Shown: positions 13,789 through 26,071 of the stretch, in pieces
Numbering within the stretch: position 1 is the stretch's first letter
Layout: each line of letters begins with the position of its first letter
Source of the DNA: Entomortierella parvispora E1425
Taxonomy: Eukaryota > Fungi > Mortierellomycota
Direction of reading: 5' to 3'
Length of the DNA stretch: 64,000 bases
NCBI GenBank assembly: GCA_020891255.1
Contig: BQFW01000014.1
Coordinates: 1,488,001 to 1,552,000 of the forward strand
Translations under genes and position numbers: made by a program
The notes under the pieces: model-generated
What the model was told of the DNA's origin: nothing
Databases searched by the model: none
The model's input: the letters and a program-made list of their open reading frames with translations, nothing else

Positions 13789-15873
13789 ATGTCAGCCGAA
13801 CAACAGGACATCGTGGCGTACGTGGACCCTTGCCAGGACTTTGGCTGGAAAACTTTGTCTTTGGCTTTACCAACGAGACAACGCCTTCAATGACAAGGAA
13901 GACTGATTATCTCCTTTTTTTTACTTTACTCATGAATTTAGGCCCATGGAGAACGCATCCATCTCTACTGGACAAGCTGAGCAGATTGGTACTTGACTAA
14001 AAATAGCCAAAGAATACTGAAGGCAAAATTCATGGATCGACTGGCTGACCCATGCTTCTTTCGGTATTTTTTTTCGCTTTTCAAATTTTAGTCGATCCTT
14101 GGAACGTCCAAGGAGCTGTCGTGGATGGCAAGCAGGTCGGAATTGACTATGATAGATTGATTGCTGCTTTCGGAACCCAACCTATCGACAATGCCGTTCT
14201 TGAGCGTTTGGAGAGATTGACTGGACGCAAGCCCCATGCCTTCCTCCGTCGTGGCGTCTTTTTCTCGCACAGGTAAAAAATCAACATCCACGGCTGATCC
14301 ACGATATTAGAAAGCAGATCAGGACTCATTGCTCTGATGGTATATGGATATATGGAACGGAAAAGAGGCGAAAGGACCAAGGGTGACATGACCTGTATCC
14401 TCGGTGGCTTGAGGGGGCTCTCGATCCTTGATCGATCTTGATACTAACGCTCTTCCATTTATGTCTTGTATCACAGAGAGTTGAACCGAATTCTTGATCG
14501 ATTTGAGCAAAAGAAGCCATTCTACTTGTACACTGGACGTGGACCCTCTTCAGACAGCATGCATCTGGGACATATGATTCCCTTCATCTTCTGTCAATAC
14601 CTTCAGGAGGTCTTTGACTGCCCTTTGGTTATTCAGTTGACTGGTACTAAATGATTTGCTGACAAATCGATCGGGCAACCTCTACGCGAAATCAAGGTGA
14701 TCCTAATGGGCTCTTTTACTTTTTGAATCATTAGACGACGAAAAGTTCTTGTTCAAGCCTAACCTCAAGCTCGAGGAGTGCATCAAGTTCTCAAGACAGA
14801 ACGCCAGGGATATCATTGCTTGCGGATTCATCCCCGAGAAGACCTTTATCTTTTCCAACCTCTTGCATGTCGGGTAAGGAGATTTTTTTTATCGCTTAAT
14901 TGATTCCTTCTGATCCCACGTTAAACGCATGTCTTTTTTTTTTGCTAATGTTTCCATCTTCGTGTTCATTGTAGAGGTGCTTTCTACCAGAATGTTGTTC
15001 GCATCTCTCGCTGCATCACCTACAGCGCCTCAAAGTCGACCTTTGGATTTGTGGACAGTGATAACGTGGGCAAGTCTCACTTTGTGTCTGTTCAGGCTGC
15101 ACCCTCTTTCTCCAACACTTTCCCCGAGATTTTCGGAACTCGCTCGGATATTCCCTGCTTGATCCCCTGCGCGATTGATCAGGATCCTTACTTCCGTCTC
15201 ACGCGCGATGTGGCCCACAAGCTCAAGTACCCTAAGCCCGCCTTGATCCATGCCAAGTTCTTCCCTGCTCTCCAGGGACCTGGTACCAAGATGAGTGCCT
15301 CGGTCGACAGCTCGGCCATCTTCATGACGGATACCCAAGCCCAGATCAAGAACAAGATCAACCGTCATGCCTACTCTGGCGGTGGAGCCACCATGGAGTT
15401 GCACAAGGAGCATGGAGGACGCCCCGAGGATGATATCCCCTTCCAGTACCTGTCCTTCTTCTTGGACAACGATGAGGAGATCAGCGAAATCGAGAAGGTA
15501 GGCTGTCCTTTCTGCGTCTCTTGAAAGGAATCGAGAAACATGTTCAGGATTGGATTGTTAATTTTCTCTATTTTATTTCTTTTCAACCCAGACTTATCGC
15601 GCTGGAACCCTCTCGACCGGTGAGCTGAAGAAGCGCTGCATTGAGGTTCTTCAGAAGTTTGTTGCCGACTTCCAGGCTGTAAGTACACTCGAGAAAGACA
15701 TCAAATATTGAAGGAAAACAAGGAGTATTCTCAATGATATAGAGATCGTAGAGTCGACTGACATTTTTCTTTTGTTCTTTTTTCTTCTTTAGCGCAAGGC
15801 TGCTGTGACGGAAGAGATCTTGGACCAATACATGACTCCTCGCTCCATGGGAGTTGATCTTTCTGCCAAATAG
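13789..15873 (+). CDS. WRS1: Cytoplasmic tryptophanyl-tRNA synthetase, multi-exon
   Basis: [27 protein letters not shown] (HIGH motif), [19 protein letters not shown] motif. Confidence 0.95.
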
Positions 15874-16277
15874 AACGATCCATGCTGCAGAACCACAAAT
15901 GAGCAAGGGTGCATGAAGACGATGCATTGTTGCCCAAATATTCCATACCGACGTATACGAAGAAATAAAATTGAATCTACGAGGAAAATCATAGGTCACG
16001 ACTCTTTCTTTCTTTCTAATGTTTTCGAGGCCATCATGACAAGTACCCTTTTGATATCAACTCTTGCAATCCAAATGGAATCGAACGATGGTAAAAAAAT
16101 GTACAAATTTTGTTTGTTTGTATTTTTGGGTAGAGAGAAAAAATATGCATCTATTCCACTCGATTCGATCCACGGGAGGTGGGGGGTTCTGTTGTAAGGA
16201 CCGAAAAGCGCGCCTCATTCATCGGGGTTTGGGGGGGGGGGGGGGGGTCCACTTTTTGGGGGTTGTAGAGGACATCT

Positions 16278-16495
16278 TCACTTTTGCAACTCGCCGACAG
16301 CAAACAGCTTTCCTAATGTTGGTCCAGCAAATTCGTTGATCTGTTTGCAGTAGTTGTCGATCTGTCCAGAGATCAAGAGGTGGTCCAGACGGCTAGGCTC
16401 AGCAGGGAGCTTGAACAAGGCATCGACATCCTCGTTGGGGAGAGGAGCCTGACCAGCCTGAGCACGGCGAGCGTTCTCAGTTTTCTAAAAATGGA

Positions 16496-16584
<89 letters not shown>

Positions 16585-18232
16585 GAACAATTAGAACATT
16601 GTTGGCAAATACATCTTCATCACAAGGCCATCCTTGACAACTGGAGTAAAGGGGTAGGTAGAGGGGGGAAAGGAAAGAAAGACGTTTCCACTTACTCTGT
16701 TGAGGATGTGAGCGGCCTTCTTCTTGTTCTCACGCTCGACGCTGCGCTGCCAGTAAGCATAGTTGCCCTGCTCCTGGGTGTGATCGTCAATGGTATCCAT
16801 CAAGTTCTCCAAGTTCTTGGCAACGAAGGGATCCATGCTCAAGTCCAACATATCAAAGCTGGGGGTCAAGACGGAGCTCTTGGCGGGGGTGTTGTTCTTG
16901 TAGGTGTTCAAGTGCGAGGTCGAGACCTCGAGGGTCTCGTCCGAGGTCTCGAGCTCGTAAAGGAGGGCGCTCAAGAGGGCGGTGTTGCGGATGGTGATGG
17001 GGAGCTCCTCAAAGATGTTGGAGAAGGTCAACTTGGCCTTGGCCAAAGCCTCGCTCGTGAACTTCTTCTCCTTGTACAACTTCATGAAGGCGGGGGTGAG
17101 GCGAAGGGCACGAAGGTTGAGGTTGCCCATGGAGGAGCGAGCGACATCTATGAGCGAAAAAAGAAGAAAAAAAAAATAATCAAGAGTCAGATCAAAAAAT
17201 GTTTCCTGGAAAAGAATGCGAAGTGATCCCAATGCCAATGTTCTTTGTTTGTTCCCGATCCAGTATGATGAACAAAAGTAAAAGGAGGAGGATGTATCCC
17301 TTACCGTGGATGATGAGGACAGACTTGCTCAAAGCCTGCTGGAACTCGAACTGGTGGTCGATCAAGGACTGGTTCATGAAGTTGCCCATGTTGGTCGACT
17401 GGTACCATCCGACAGAGTTGTCATCAACGTTCACCTCGCGCAAGCAGTGCATCATCTGCAACTGGTACTGGGAACCTATATCCATAATTCAATTCAAAAA
17501 AGATGCGAGGGTCAGCCTTTTTTTTTCACTGATCGTTCCTGAATTGCCTGGATAAATTCTCGTCCTTGGAACGAGTCCAAAAGAAAAACACAAAGAATTC
17601 GCACCCTCAAAGTCCTCAGAGTCCTGGTTCTTGGGCATGGGGAAGGAGTGGGTGACCTCAAGAACTCCGTTGACATCCAAACCCATCAACTGTCCGGTGA
17701 CTGTGGTGGGGACAGACTCGCGGCAGTGCTTGACAATCTTGAGAACGACCTGTGAGATGGATGCAAAGAGGATGGTTTAGATTGAAGAGCTCGTCATGTG
17801 TTTGAGACGTGACAGAGAGCAATAGATGAGTCGAGATGGAGTAAAGGAGGGCAGGGGTGTGTCCATATTGTCCATGATCCTGTTGCTGTTCGCCTTTGGC
17901 AGTCAATGGATGTAAGTTGACTTTAACGAGGCGTTCTTTTTGTTTCTCTATGTTGCCATGTATATGTCCCTCCTTGGGAGTCAAAAGGGGCGCGCAATCA
18001 AGAAGAGTGTGCCGCGAGTCAAGCGGTGGCCTCGAGTGTGCCAATATGTGTCGAGTGTGCAGAGTCGAAATCGTTTGTCGCAGTGTGAGGTGTGCCTGTC
18101 TGGTTGGCGGGTCGTTGGATTGGCTGATGAAGTAGGGGGGTGTCATTGTACCATGGCATCAAGCTGGACGCTGTGGATGGGGGCAGTGCCCTCAATGTCC
18201 AGGGCGGCAGACAGCTCCTTGTTGGCGGGCAT
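16278..18232 (-). CDS. eIF3h: Translation initiation factor 3 subunit H (MPN family), multi-exon
   Basis: VQLDAMVVLKIVKHC, GLDVNGVLEVTHSFP, YQLQMMHCLREVNVDDNSVGWYQST, C-terminal PAEPSRLDHLLISGQIDNYCKQINEF. Confidence 0.92.
16498..16578. repeat. Perfect (AAT)27 microsatellite in the last eIF3h intron
   Basis: 27 uninterrupted AAT units read directly. Confidence 0.97.
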
Positions 18233-18692
18233 GATGTGTAAGAATGGGGGATGGGTGGATGGAAGAGAAGGAGAGGAGAGGATGAAAAAAAAAGAGAAGG
18301 GATCCAGTGAGCGAGCGATGCAGTGGCAAATCTCCAATCTGCCAGGTGTGAGTTTGCTCTGATGTCTTTTGCACGCTGTGGGTCCACTTTTGCCCTCTTC
18401 CTGTGCCCTGGAAGCAAAGAAAAAAAACACGGTTCACGCCACCGATTGAGATGCAATCGCACGGGCTGCGAGCCATATGTCCCCTTGGGTCCTTTCAATG
18501 AGGCAGTCACAGTGTTTACTTGCTCTTTTTTCTTTTTTTTTGTGCACGCAGAGAACACACACCGCCTCACAGACACACACCAGCTCAGTGGCCCCATTGA
18601 CCTTCATTCATTCTTCATCCCATCTCTCCTCCTCACCTCCATCCATTTATTCCCCCCATCTCCCTTCCCCCCCTGTTCATATATACTCTACA

Positions 18693-19858
18693 ATGGATGT
18701 CTCCGAGGTTCTCGCCGCTCACAAGCAAAAGTTGTATGTCACACTTTTCACTGGTGCACACTTGCACACTTGCACACTTGCATATTAGCACTATCTCGGA
18801 CAACCATCCTTCCCTTGGACTTTTTGGTCTTTCAGAAATTGTAGAAGCAGCTTACTAAAGACCTCTCCTCCCATCCTAATGGTCTAATAGCAAGTCAGTG
18901 TCAGTAGAGGGAAAGATCATTCCCCTCGAGTTTGATCTCGGCCTTCTCACCGCATACGATCAGAACCCTGTCGACGAGGCTGCACTCAAGTAAGAAAAGG
19001 CTCTATGGACCTTTCAGTGTCTACTGTCCAGGATACTGGATAACCCACAGGAACCGTGCACTAACCACCTTGTCTACAATTTGAATTTGCTCAATCTGCA
19101 GGAAGAACAAGGATGAATACCTTCACGAGCTCTCTAGAGACAACGCCCAACTCTTGTTCAACGAAATCTTTCAACTTCAGACGATATCCGATGACAACGG
19201 CGTGATGGCCATGCTCCCCAACCCCACCACATTGCTTCCCCGTGAGAAGCCTTTGCCCAAGCCCAAGCCCGAGACCCGCTGGGAGAAGTTTGCCAAGGCC
19301 AAGGGCATTGTCAACCGCAAGAAGGAGAGAATGGTCTACGACGACAACTCTGGAGAATACAAGCCCCGCTGGGGTTACAAGGGCATCAACGACGACGGTT
19401 CCAAGGACTGGATCATTGAGGTCCCTGCTGGCGCCAACCCCATGGAGGATCAGTATGAGGCCAGAAGAGAGGCCAAGAAGGAGCGTATCGAGCGTAACGA
19501 CAAGCGTCACCAGCGCAACTTGGAGGAGGCTGCTGTCGCCACAAAGATGGATCAGAAGGCTGTCAACAAGGGTGATCGCCCCAACATGGACAATGTTCGC
19601 TCATTGAAGCGCAAGGAGATTGAGAACCAGATCCTCATCAGCAAAAACTCGACCGCCAGTGCAGGCAAATTCGACACTGCGATCAAGGGTGACTTGAAGC
19701 CCAAGGGTATCAAGCGTCAGTTCGAGCCCAACGTCGCTGCTGATCTTTCAAAGGAGAAGGCCGGCAACATGAGCATCTTGGACAGAGTCGTCGGAAAGAA
19801 CGGAGAGGACCTCGTGAACGTCCGCAAGGCCATCAAGGCAACAAAGGCTCGTCGTTAA
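18693..19858 (+). CDS. RRS1: Ribosome biogenesis regulatory protein Rrs1
   Basis: FDLGLLTAYDQNP, RDNAQLLFNEIF, LPREKPLPKPKPETRWEKFAKAKGI, PRWGYK. Confidence 0.93.
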
Positions 19859-20159
19859 GAAAAAAGATTCCTTTTTCGAATTTTCTTTTTTGGCCCTCCC
19901 AACAATGTCGAGAGGAAAGGAAAAACAGAAACGAGACAGAACCAAAAAAACCAAGGTCATCGATTCGTATCGGGGAGGGAAACAAGGACCCCCCTTTGTA
20001 ACACAACCATTCTTGCCATCGCATAATAAATATATCATTTGCATTTATCGAGCCGCATGTTGAACAACTGAGAAGCAGCATCACCTGAAGTAACACAGTG
20101 TCTAAATGTATCTTCATTTTTTATTCTAGTTGGAAAGAGAGAAAAGTGTTGAGTGTAGC

Positions 20160-21790
20160 TTAGAGAACAGACGATCCCGCCGCCAATGCTCCTGCCAACC
20201 CAATCGATAGAACGATAAATGCCGCATAGCGCCACGTTTGGGACTGATCTGGGTTTCCAATCTCAAAGGTGTGTTCCAGTGACCGCCGGACGAGTTTCTT
20301 CTCTGCTTCCTTTGAGCTGTTATCCAAGGCAGCTGTTTCATCGGGATAAAGAGGTTCCGAATCTGGCAAGGGCGCATCGATCGACGACGGTGAGGGAGAT
20401 GATTCTACTGTGTCTGTCAGCTGGATATTTTGAACACTGCCGAAGAAGTCTGTCAGCAATGCTTGATCCAGAGGCCTATTGAACAGATCTTTCCGCACGC
20501 CTGGTGTCGAATGCAACAAATTAAAGTCGTAGGTATTGAACTGATAAAAGAGGCGAAGCAGGTATTAGTAGAGGTGAATTGCGTGAAAATTGACATGTTT
20601 TGGAAAGGAGAACATACCAGGTCCTGGAGGGTGGCCTTGGACTGCATGTCAATCTTTTCCAGAACCTCGAGAACATAATAGGTATATCGATCCACCACAG
20701 CCACACCAATGTCAAAGTCCTCGTGATGCTATCATGCATAATAGTGCCAACAAAGCAGGAGATCTATTAGCGACTTGGTGGGAGACAGAAAGCGCCGTTT
20801 CAAAAGACGAAGCGACACTTACAGAGTAGGAGCTCTCCTTGAGCTTACTGCTTCCGGTGGCAAGAATATTGGGCGAGTGGATCTTTGTGTACATGGTATT
20901 GGCTTGGCAGGTGTCGATCATAAAGAGGATCTCGTTGTATCTCTTCTTCTCGTACATTTGTTGGAAAGCGTCTCCTAGATCGTAGGCGCTAATTTCTTCC
21001 GCATCCTGAAACTTCAAAAACTCATCGCCTCCATGGCCCGTCATATACACAAAGATGTTGGACTGGTCATCTGTCAAAAGTCGTTTGGAGCGTGGGGTAT
21101 CCTTTGCAACGCGACCTATCAATAATTCGAGGCATCAGTACTAAATAGATCGGTTCCTGTTGTCTTTTCAGTTGCTTCCAGTGATTCCCTGATCCGACTG
21201 TAACTCACCAGTCAAAAGACGAATGAAATTCTCGACTGTCACTTCGTAACCTCTGTAGTCGACCTCGACATTCTCGCCATAGAGATCAAGAGGTTGTCCC
21301 TTGTTATTGTACACGGTTGCTGGAAAGATGTTTCGAGAGTTGCACGCAACATCATCTGCAAGCATCATGATGATGTTGGAGTCTGGAATGCCGAGGCGTT
21401 TGACTGTCCTGTACATGGAGAGTGTGTTGGCGATATGGCGGTAGTTGAACCAGAAGCGTGATGTACACACCTAAAAGGTTAGAAAGGACATGGTATCGTT
21501 AGAGTGGCAAAACTGCGCATCGCGTTGCTGCAGTGGTTCAGCAACTAAAGAATAGCACAGCCGAGGAGCATTATTGACAGTCGGTGTAATGTCAAGCCGG
21601 TGCAAAGGAATGGGATGCTCATCGAGTTCATTCATACCAAGACTGCCCAGTTGTTCGTGTGGCCACTTTTGCTCTTGCTCTTTTCAAAGAAGCCCTCGAC
21701 GTCGTTGGGGTTGCTGGTGACAGTGACAGCCAGGGCGGTAGCGGCGCAGAGAGCTGCGACGATGCCCCGAAGAAGCATTCCTGGCTTCAT
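20160..21790 (-). CDS. GPI8: GPI-anchor transamidase catalytic subunit Gpi8/PIG-K
   Basis: Signal peptide, [27 protein letters not shown] (catalytic His), IDTCQA (catalytic Cys), C-terminal TM helix. Confidence 0.96.
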
Positions 21791-22019
21791 GATAGATGCT
21801 GGCGAGGGAGATGAGGGCGGGGATGATGATACGTGGAGCGACAGCAGATGTCCTTTCTGAAATGCATGCATCAGGAGAGCGGCAGGGCGAAAGTGAATCA
21901 CGTGAGTCGAATTTAGTGGCGGTTTTTTGCTGCACATTGTGCATCGTCGTGCATTGTTTCTTTGTTCCCAAGCATCAAACAGCATCAGGACCGACCGACA
22001 GGAGCGCCAAAGCCGCGTC

Positions 22020-23797
22020 ATGAATAAGGGATTACTGGGACTAGGACTGGTCGCATATGGAGATTCAGACTCGGAGGGTTCAGACTCTGAGGCTGCCCGT
22101 AGTGTAAAGCCCAATGTGCAGGAATCAGGTAACATCATGACTGAAAACAGCTTCTGTGGGCGATCAACTCGAAGCATGCACGGCTAAACTGACTCTCCTA
22201 TTCTGTTTCCTGGCAGTAGAAAAGGAATCCACCTCAGAAACAGGATCAATACAGGCCACAGACAAGGTAGAACATTAGAGAGTGCTGTGGTCACGTATGA
22301 CAGTAATCGACGAGAAGAAAACATGACTGAAGAATACTACCTTCTACTCTTGGAACTTTAGGGATCAGGTACTACAGGGACGACAATGGATAGAGTGAGA
22401 TTTTATAATGCAAGGATTATTAATCGTCATTTTACAACAACAAATGCGGACACCGCTAGCATCCGACAGACCATTGCCGCAGGATACGATATCGGCGCGA
22501 ACATTGGTAGCTAATGCGCGACCTTCAGCCAATGATTCCCTAGGCAAGATTGCCATCACAAACTCGCTCAAGCAGGGCATCATTCCTGCTTCTTCAACAT
22601 CAGACCAAGAGATGCCTCAGAGAGAGGACCGATCTCCATCAGGAACGCCTTTGCCAGCAGATCACAGTGCAGCTGCCGAGGTGATGAACACTCCTACAAC
22701 AGGAATGAGTCCCAAGGCTATGAAAACCACCAGTCTGTCCATTGACGAGGAGCGCGTAGAGACCACTCCAAAGCAAGGAGAACATACGACTCATAGCACT
22801 CGCTCTTCGCTAATGAGATCTCTGCTTCGTCCCAGGCCGATTTCAGGGGTTGAAAACTTTGGTATCCCACCGGAGCCCGAGGGAGAAGTGGATCCTGATG
22901 TCCAGGTATAGGAGAAAAGGGAATGCACTTTGTTTTAAAGATTCCCTCTATTTTTTCAATTGATACCCGTATTCTGATTGCGAATTATCTTTCGTTACTT
23001 GTAGGCAAAAATCGAGGGATTTCAAAAAGTGAAAGAGCAGCGCGGGATCCATTTCAATCAATCGCTCATGAAGAACAAGAATTTCAGAAATCCGCACATC
23101 TATACCAGTTTGGTCGAGTTTGTTGCTCTGAATGAGTTTGGAACCAATTTCGAAAAGTCGGAATTTTTTGATTTTGAGGGTTATGGCCCGGAATCCTATG
23201 CGACAGGTCTAGGTAAGAAAAATCGTCCTCTTGGGCTCAGAGGCTGTTGTTTTTGCCCCGCCCATTCTGTGCAACACGCTTCCTTTAAGTTTCCTCCTCG
23301 GAGACAAGTCCTTGATCTCCTACAGCCCAATTGCCACATTGTGGAATGGGAGACGTCATGTTCCACAGCTTGCGCCTTTCTTCCTGATGTCTGTGTTTTG
23401 TTTGCCAAGAAGGGCCAATACTGCTCTCATTCAGTGAACAGATGCAAGGCTCTGGAGGTGCCTCTGCACAGCGAATGCTCATCTAACATCCCACGTTTTC
23501 TGTGTGTCCATCTGCCCTAAAAAAATCATAGCCGAGGCTCAAAAGTTGGCGGCAGAGCGACTAGCCCAGCAGCAGAGCTTTGCAAGATCACATCTGCAGT
23601 TTGTTCCTGGCCAGACCACGGTCTCAGGAGGAGGTGCTCTTGGGTTGATCCCAAGAGTTTCACAAGTTGCCTCAGTTGGATCCATAGCCTCCTCGTCCTT
23701 GGCCGCGCCTGCGGGAGGGCTGCAACGTGGAGGGAGAAAGAGCAAATGGGATACGCAAGTATCAGATGATCCCAGTACAAAACGCGCTCGTCATTAA
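22020..23797 (+). CDS. SAP30-binding protein / HCNGP-like protein, multi-exon
   Basis: N-terminal LVAYGDSDSE; core FNQSLMKNKNFRNPHIYTSLVEFVALNEFGTNF; C-terminal RKSKWD. Confidence 0.85.
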
Positions 23798-26071
23798 AAA
23801 AAGTAACAAGAACGGTAAAGACTAATAAACCCCCTTTGACGCATGGACAGATAACCTCAAAAACGGCTCAATTGTCCAGCGGGAATGAGGAAAGAAAAAG
23901 GAAAAGAAGGAAAAAGGAGCTTTCACTTGCGTGGCCCAACAGATCGAACGCTTACAAAGAAGGTGCAGTCTCTAATGTGACGAGCGGCCATTTTTTTTGA
24001 ACGTATACTTTACGTTGCACGGGCCAGCACAAGAGTCTCATTGGCTTTTCATGCGGCAGGAATGAATGGGTGTTGATCGAGACTTGGAGACTTGGGGCTT
24101 GGACGCGATCTAGATCCGGGGGTTTTTTTCATCCTTGTGTTATTTCAGTCGTGTATGACGAGGGGCGATCGAAGTGCAATTGAAACCCCTGCTGTGGGAG
24201 AGCCGAGGGAGAGGCAAAGCGAGAGAGACAGAGAGAGAGAAAGAGGGAGGCACAGTGCCCGCTGCGCTGAAGAGGTGGGCTGGGTCAGTGTGTGGACATT
24301 GATTCGAGGGCCTTTGGTGCCCCATGCCATCCCATCTCTTCCCATCCCGAGAGCAAGGATAGGAGGGGTTTTTCATTTCGCGCTCAACTAACAGAGTGGG
24401 CCAGGGTGTTTCTGCGAGTGTAAAAATAACGACGGGAGGCAGTAAGCAATTGCGAACGAGGTCGGGTTTTCTACCAGCCTTCCGTCTCTCCTCGAATACT
24501 GGTGTGCTGCAGAAATCAAGCAAGCTGGTGTCCCCTGCGTGGATGGGCATTAACCACAAGCGCACTGGGCACCTTTTCCAAGGAAAGCACAAATGCTCAG
24601 GCACTCCTTCGACATGAACATTATGAAAAATGCAACATTTCCGAGCGAGCAATAAAGTCCGGAAGCGGGATCAAAGGGAACAATGAAAAAAAAGAAACGA
24701 GAACGAGAAAAAGAAAAAGAAAAAAAAGGATCCGCATCTATGCAATCTATTTTGGGGCGTCGCATCTCCGGTCAAAGTCAGTCTTTGTCAACTTGTGCGA
24801 CCAAAGGAACAGAGTTACTGTGGCAGAGATGAGGACCGATGTCCGTTCGTGAAGGAAAAGACCCGTCCGTCTATTCATTTATGTCATTCTGTCCAATTCA
24901 GTCAGACGGACGGACGCGTTGTTATCGCGCTCTCAGGGCAGAGTCGACAGGCGAATTGGGTTTTCTGGTTCACCTCGCCCGGACCCAGGCTGTTGTGCGA
25001 TGGTCGACTCTTGAAGCGGAAGGGGATGGGATGGGATCGGGCGTGGTCCACTCTTTTCTGTTCTTCCTGCTTCCATTTTTCTCCTTTCTCTCTTTCGTTT
25101 CCACACTCACCTTGTCGACGACAGAGGGTCCACGCGTGCTTTTGCTCTCTTCTCATTCACCTTTGCTTTGCTCATTCAGTCATTCCCCCGTTGGTTCATC
25201 CATTCAAATCGTTTTTCCTTTTTCATTCACCCAGCTTGACTCTTACTCCCAAAGTCCTTTGTCTTCCCCTTGAATTTTATTTTATTTTATTTTTTTGTCT
25301 CTCTTTTTCGTTCTCGATCTGGCATTGTTGGCTAGAAACAGGATCCAGACATCCTCCACACGTTCCCTGGTCCCTGGTCCAGTCCCTCCTTCGATCGCCT
25401 CCATCCCTGACCCTGTCTGTCCGCATCCATCCCCTGAGTCCTCCCTCTTTTGCTTCTTTTTCGTCCTTCTGGCCTTCTGGCGCTGGCTCTGCAGACATAT
25501 AAAGACATTGACATCTCCCCGTCCTAGTCGCTGCATCTATCTGCACTCTGCACTGGCACTGCATTCCGCCCGTTCAATTCCTGTCTATCTCTCTCGCACC
25601 TTGGACGCGTCCACTCGCTCTCACCCTGCGTCCTCGCCTTGCCTTCACTTCAAACCTGAACAAAAAAAGGAAGAAAGAGGCCCCGGAAGCTGGCCCCGAA
25701 CGCCCCTCCTTGCTCTCTCCTGATCGTTGTTCTCTCAATCAAAACATTCCCCTTTTCGACCTCTTTTTCTTTCTTTTTGCCTTCTCTCCTCTTTCTGTCG
25801 GGTGTATCCCCCTCTCTGTCTCTTTTTCCTCTTTTTTTTTTTTTTTTTTTTTCATCTTATTTTACCCGATACATTGGCCTTGTACAGTATATTGTCCAAC
25901 ATATAAAAAACAAAGTCCGGCTCATTCATCATCATCATCATGCTATCGCTATCAACCACCGATCATCCTCTGCCTCAGCCCGAGGAGTGCCAAGTCCTCC
26001 CCACCACTCCTGAAATCAGTTGCGCAACAATAGCGTCCCAGCCTGATGAAGCAATAGCCACAGGAACAGCC

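Noticed and set aside
16495-17226. 243-aa poly-Asn ORF on the + strand
   Set aside because: Artefact of the (AAT)27 intronic repeat plus the antisense of eIF3h exons.
24000-26000. Many 60-235 aa ORFs in the long pyrimidine-rich region upstream of the SEL1 gene
   Set aside because: F/S/L-rich translations of low-complexity CT tracts and homopolymers; more likely promoter and 5' UTR.
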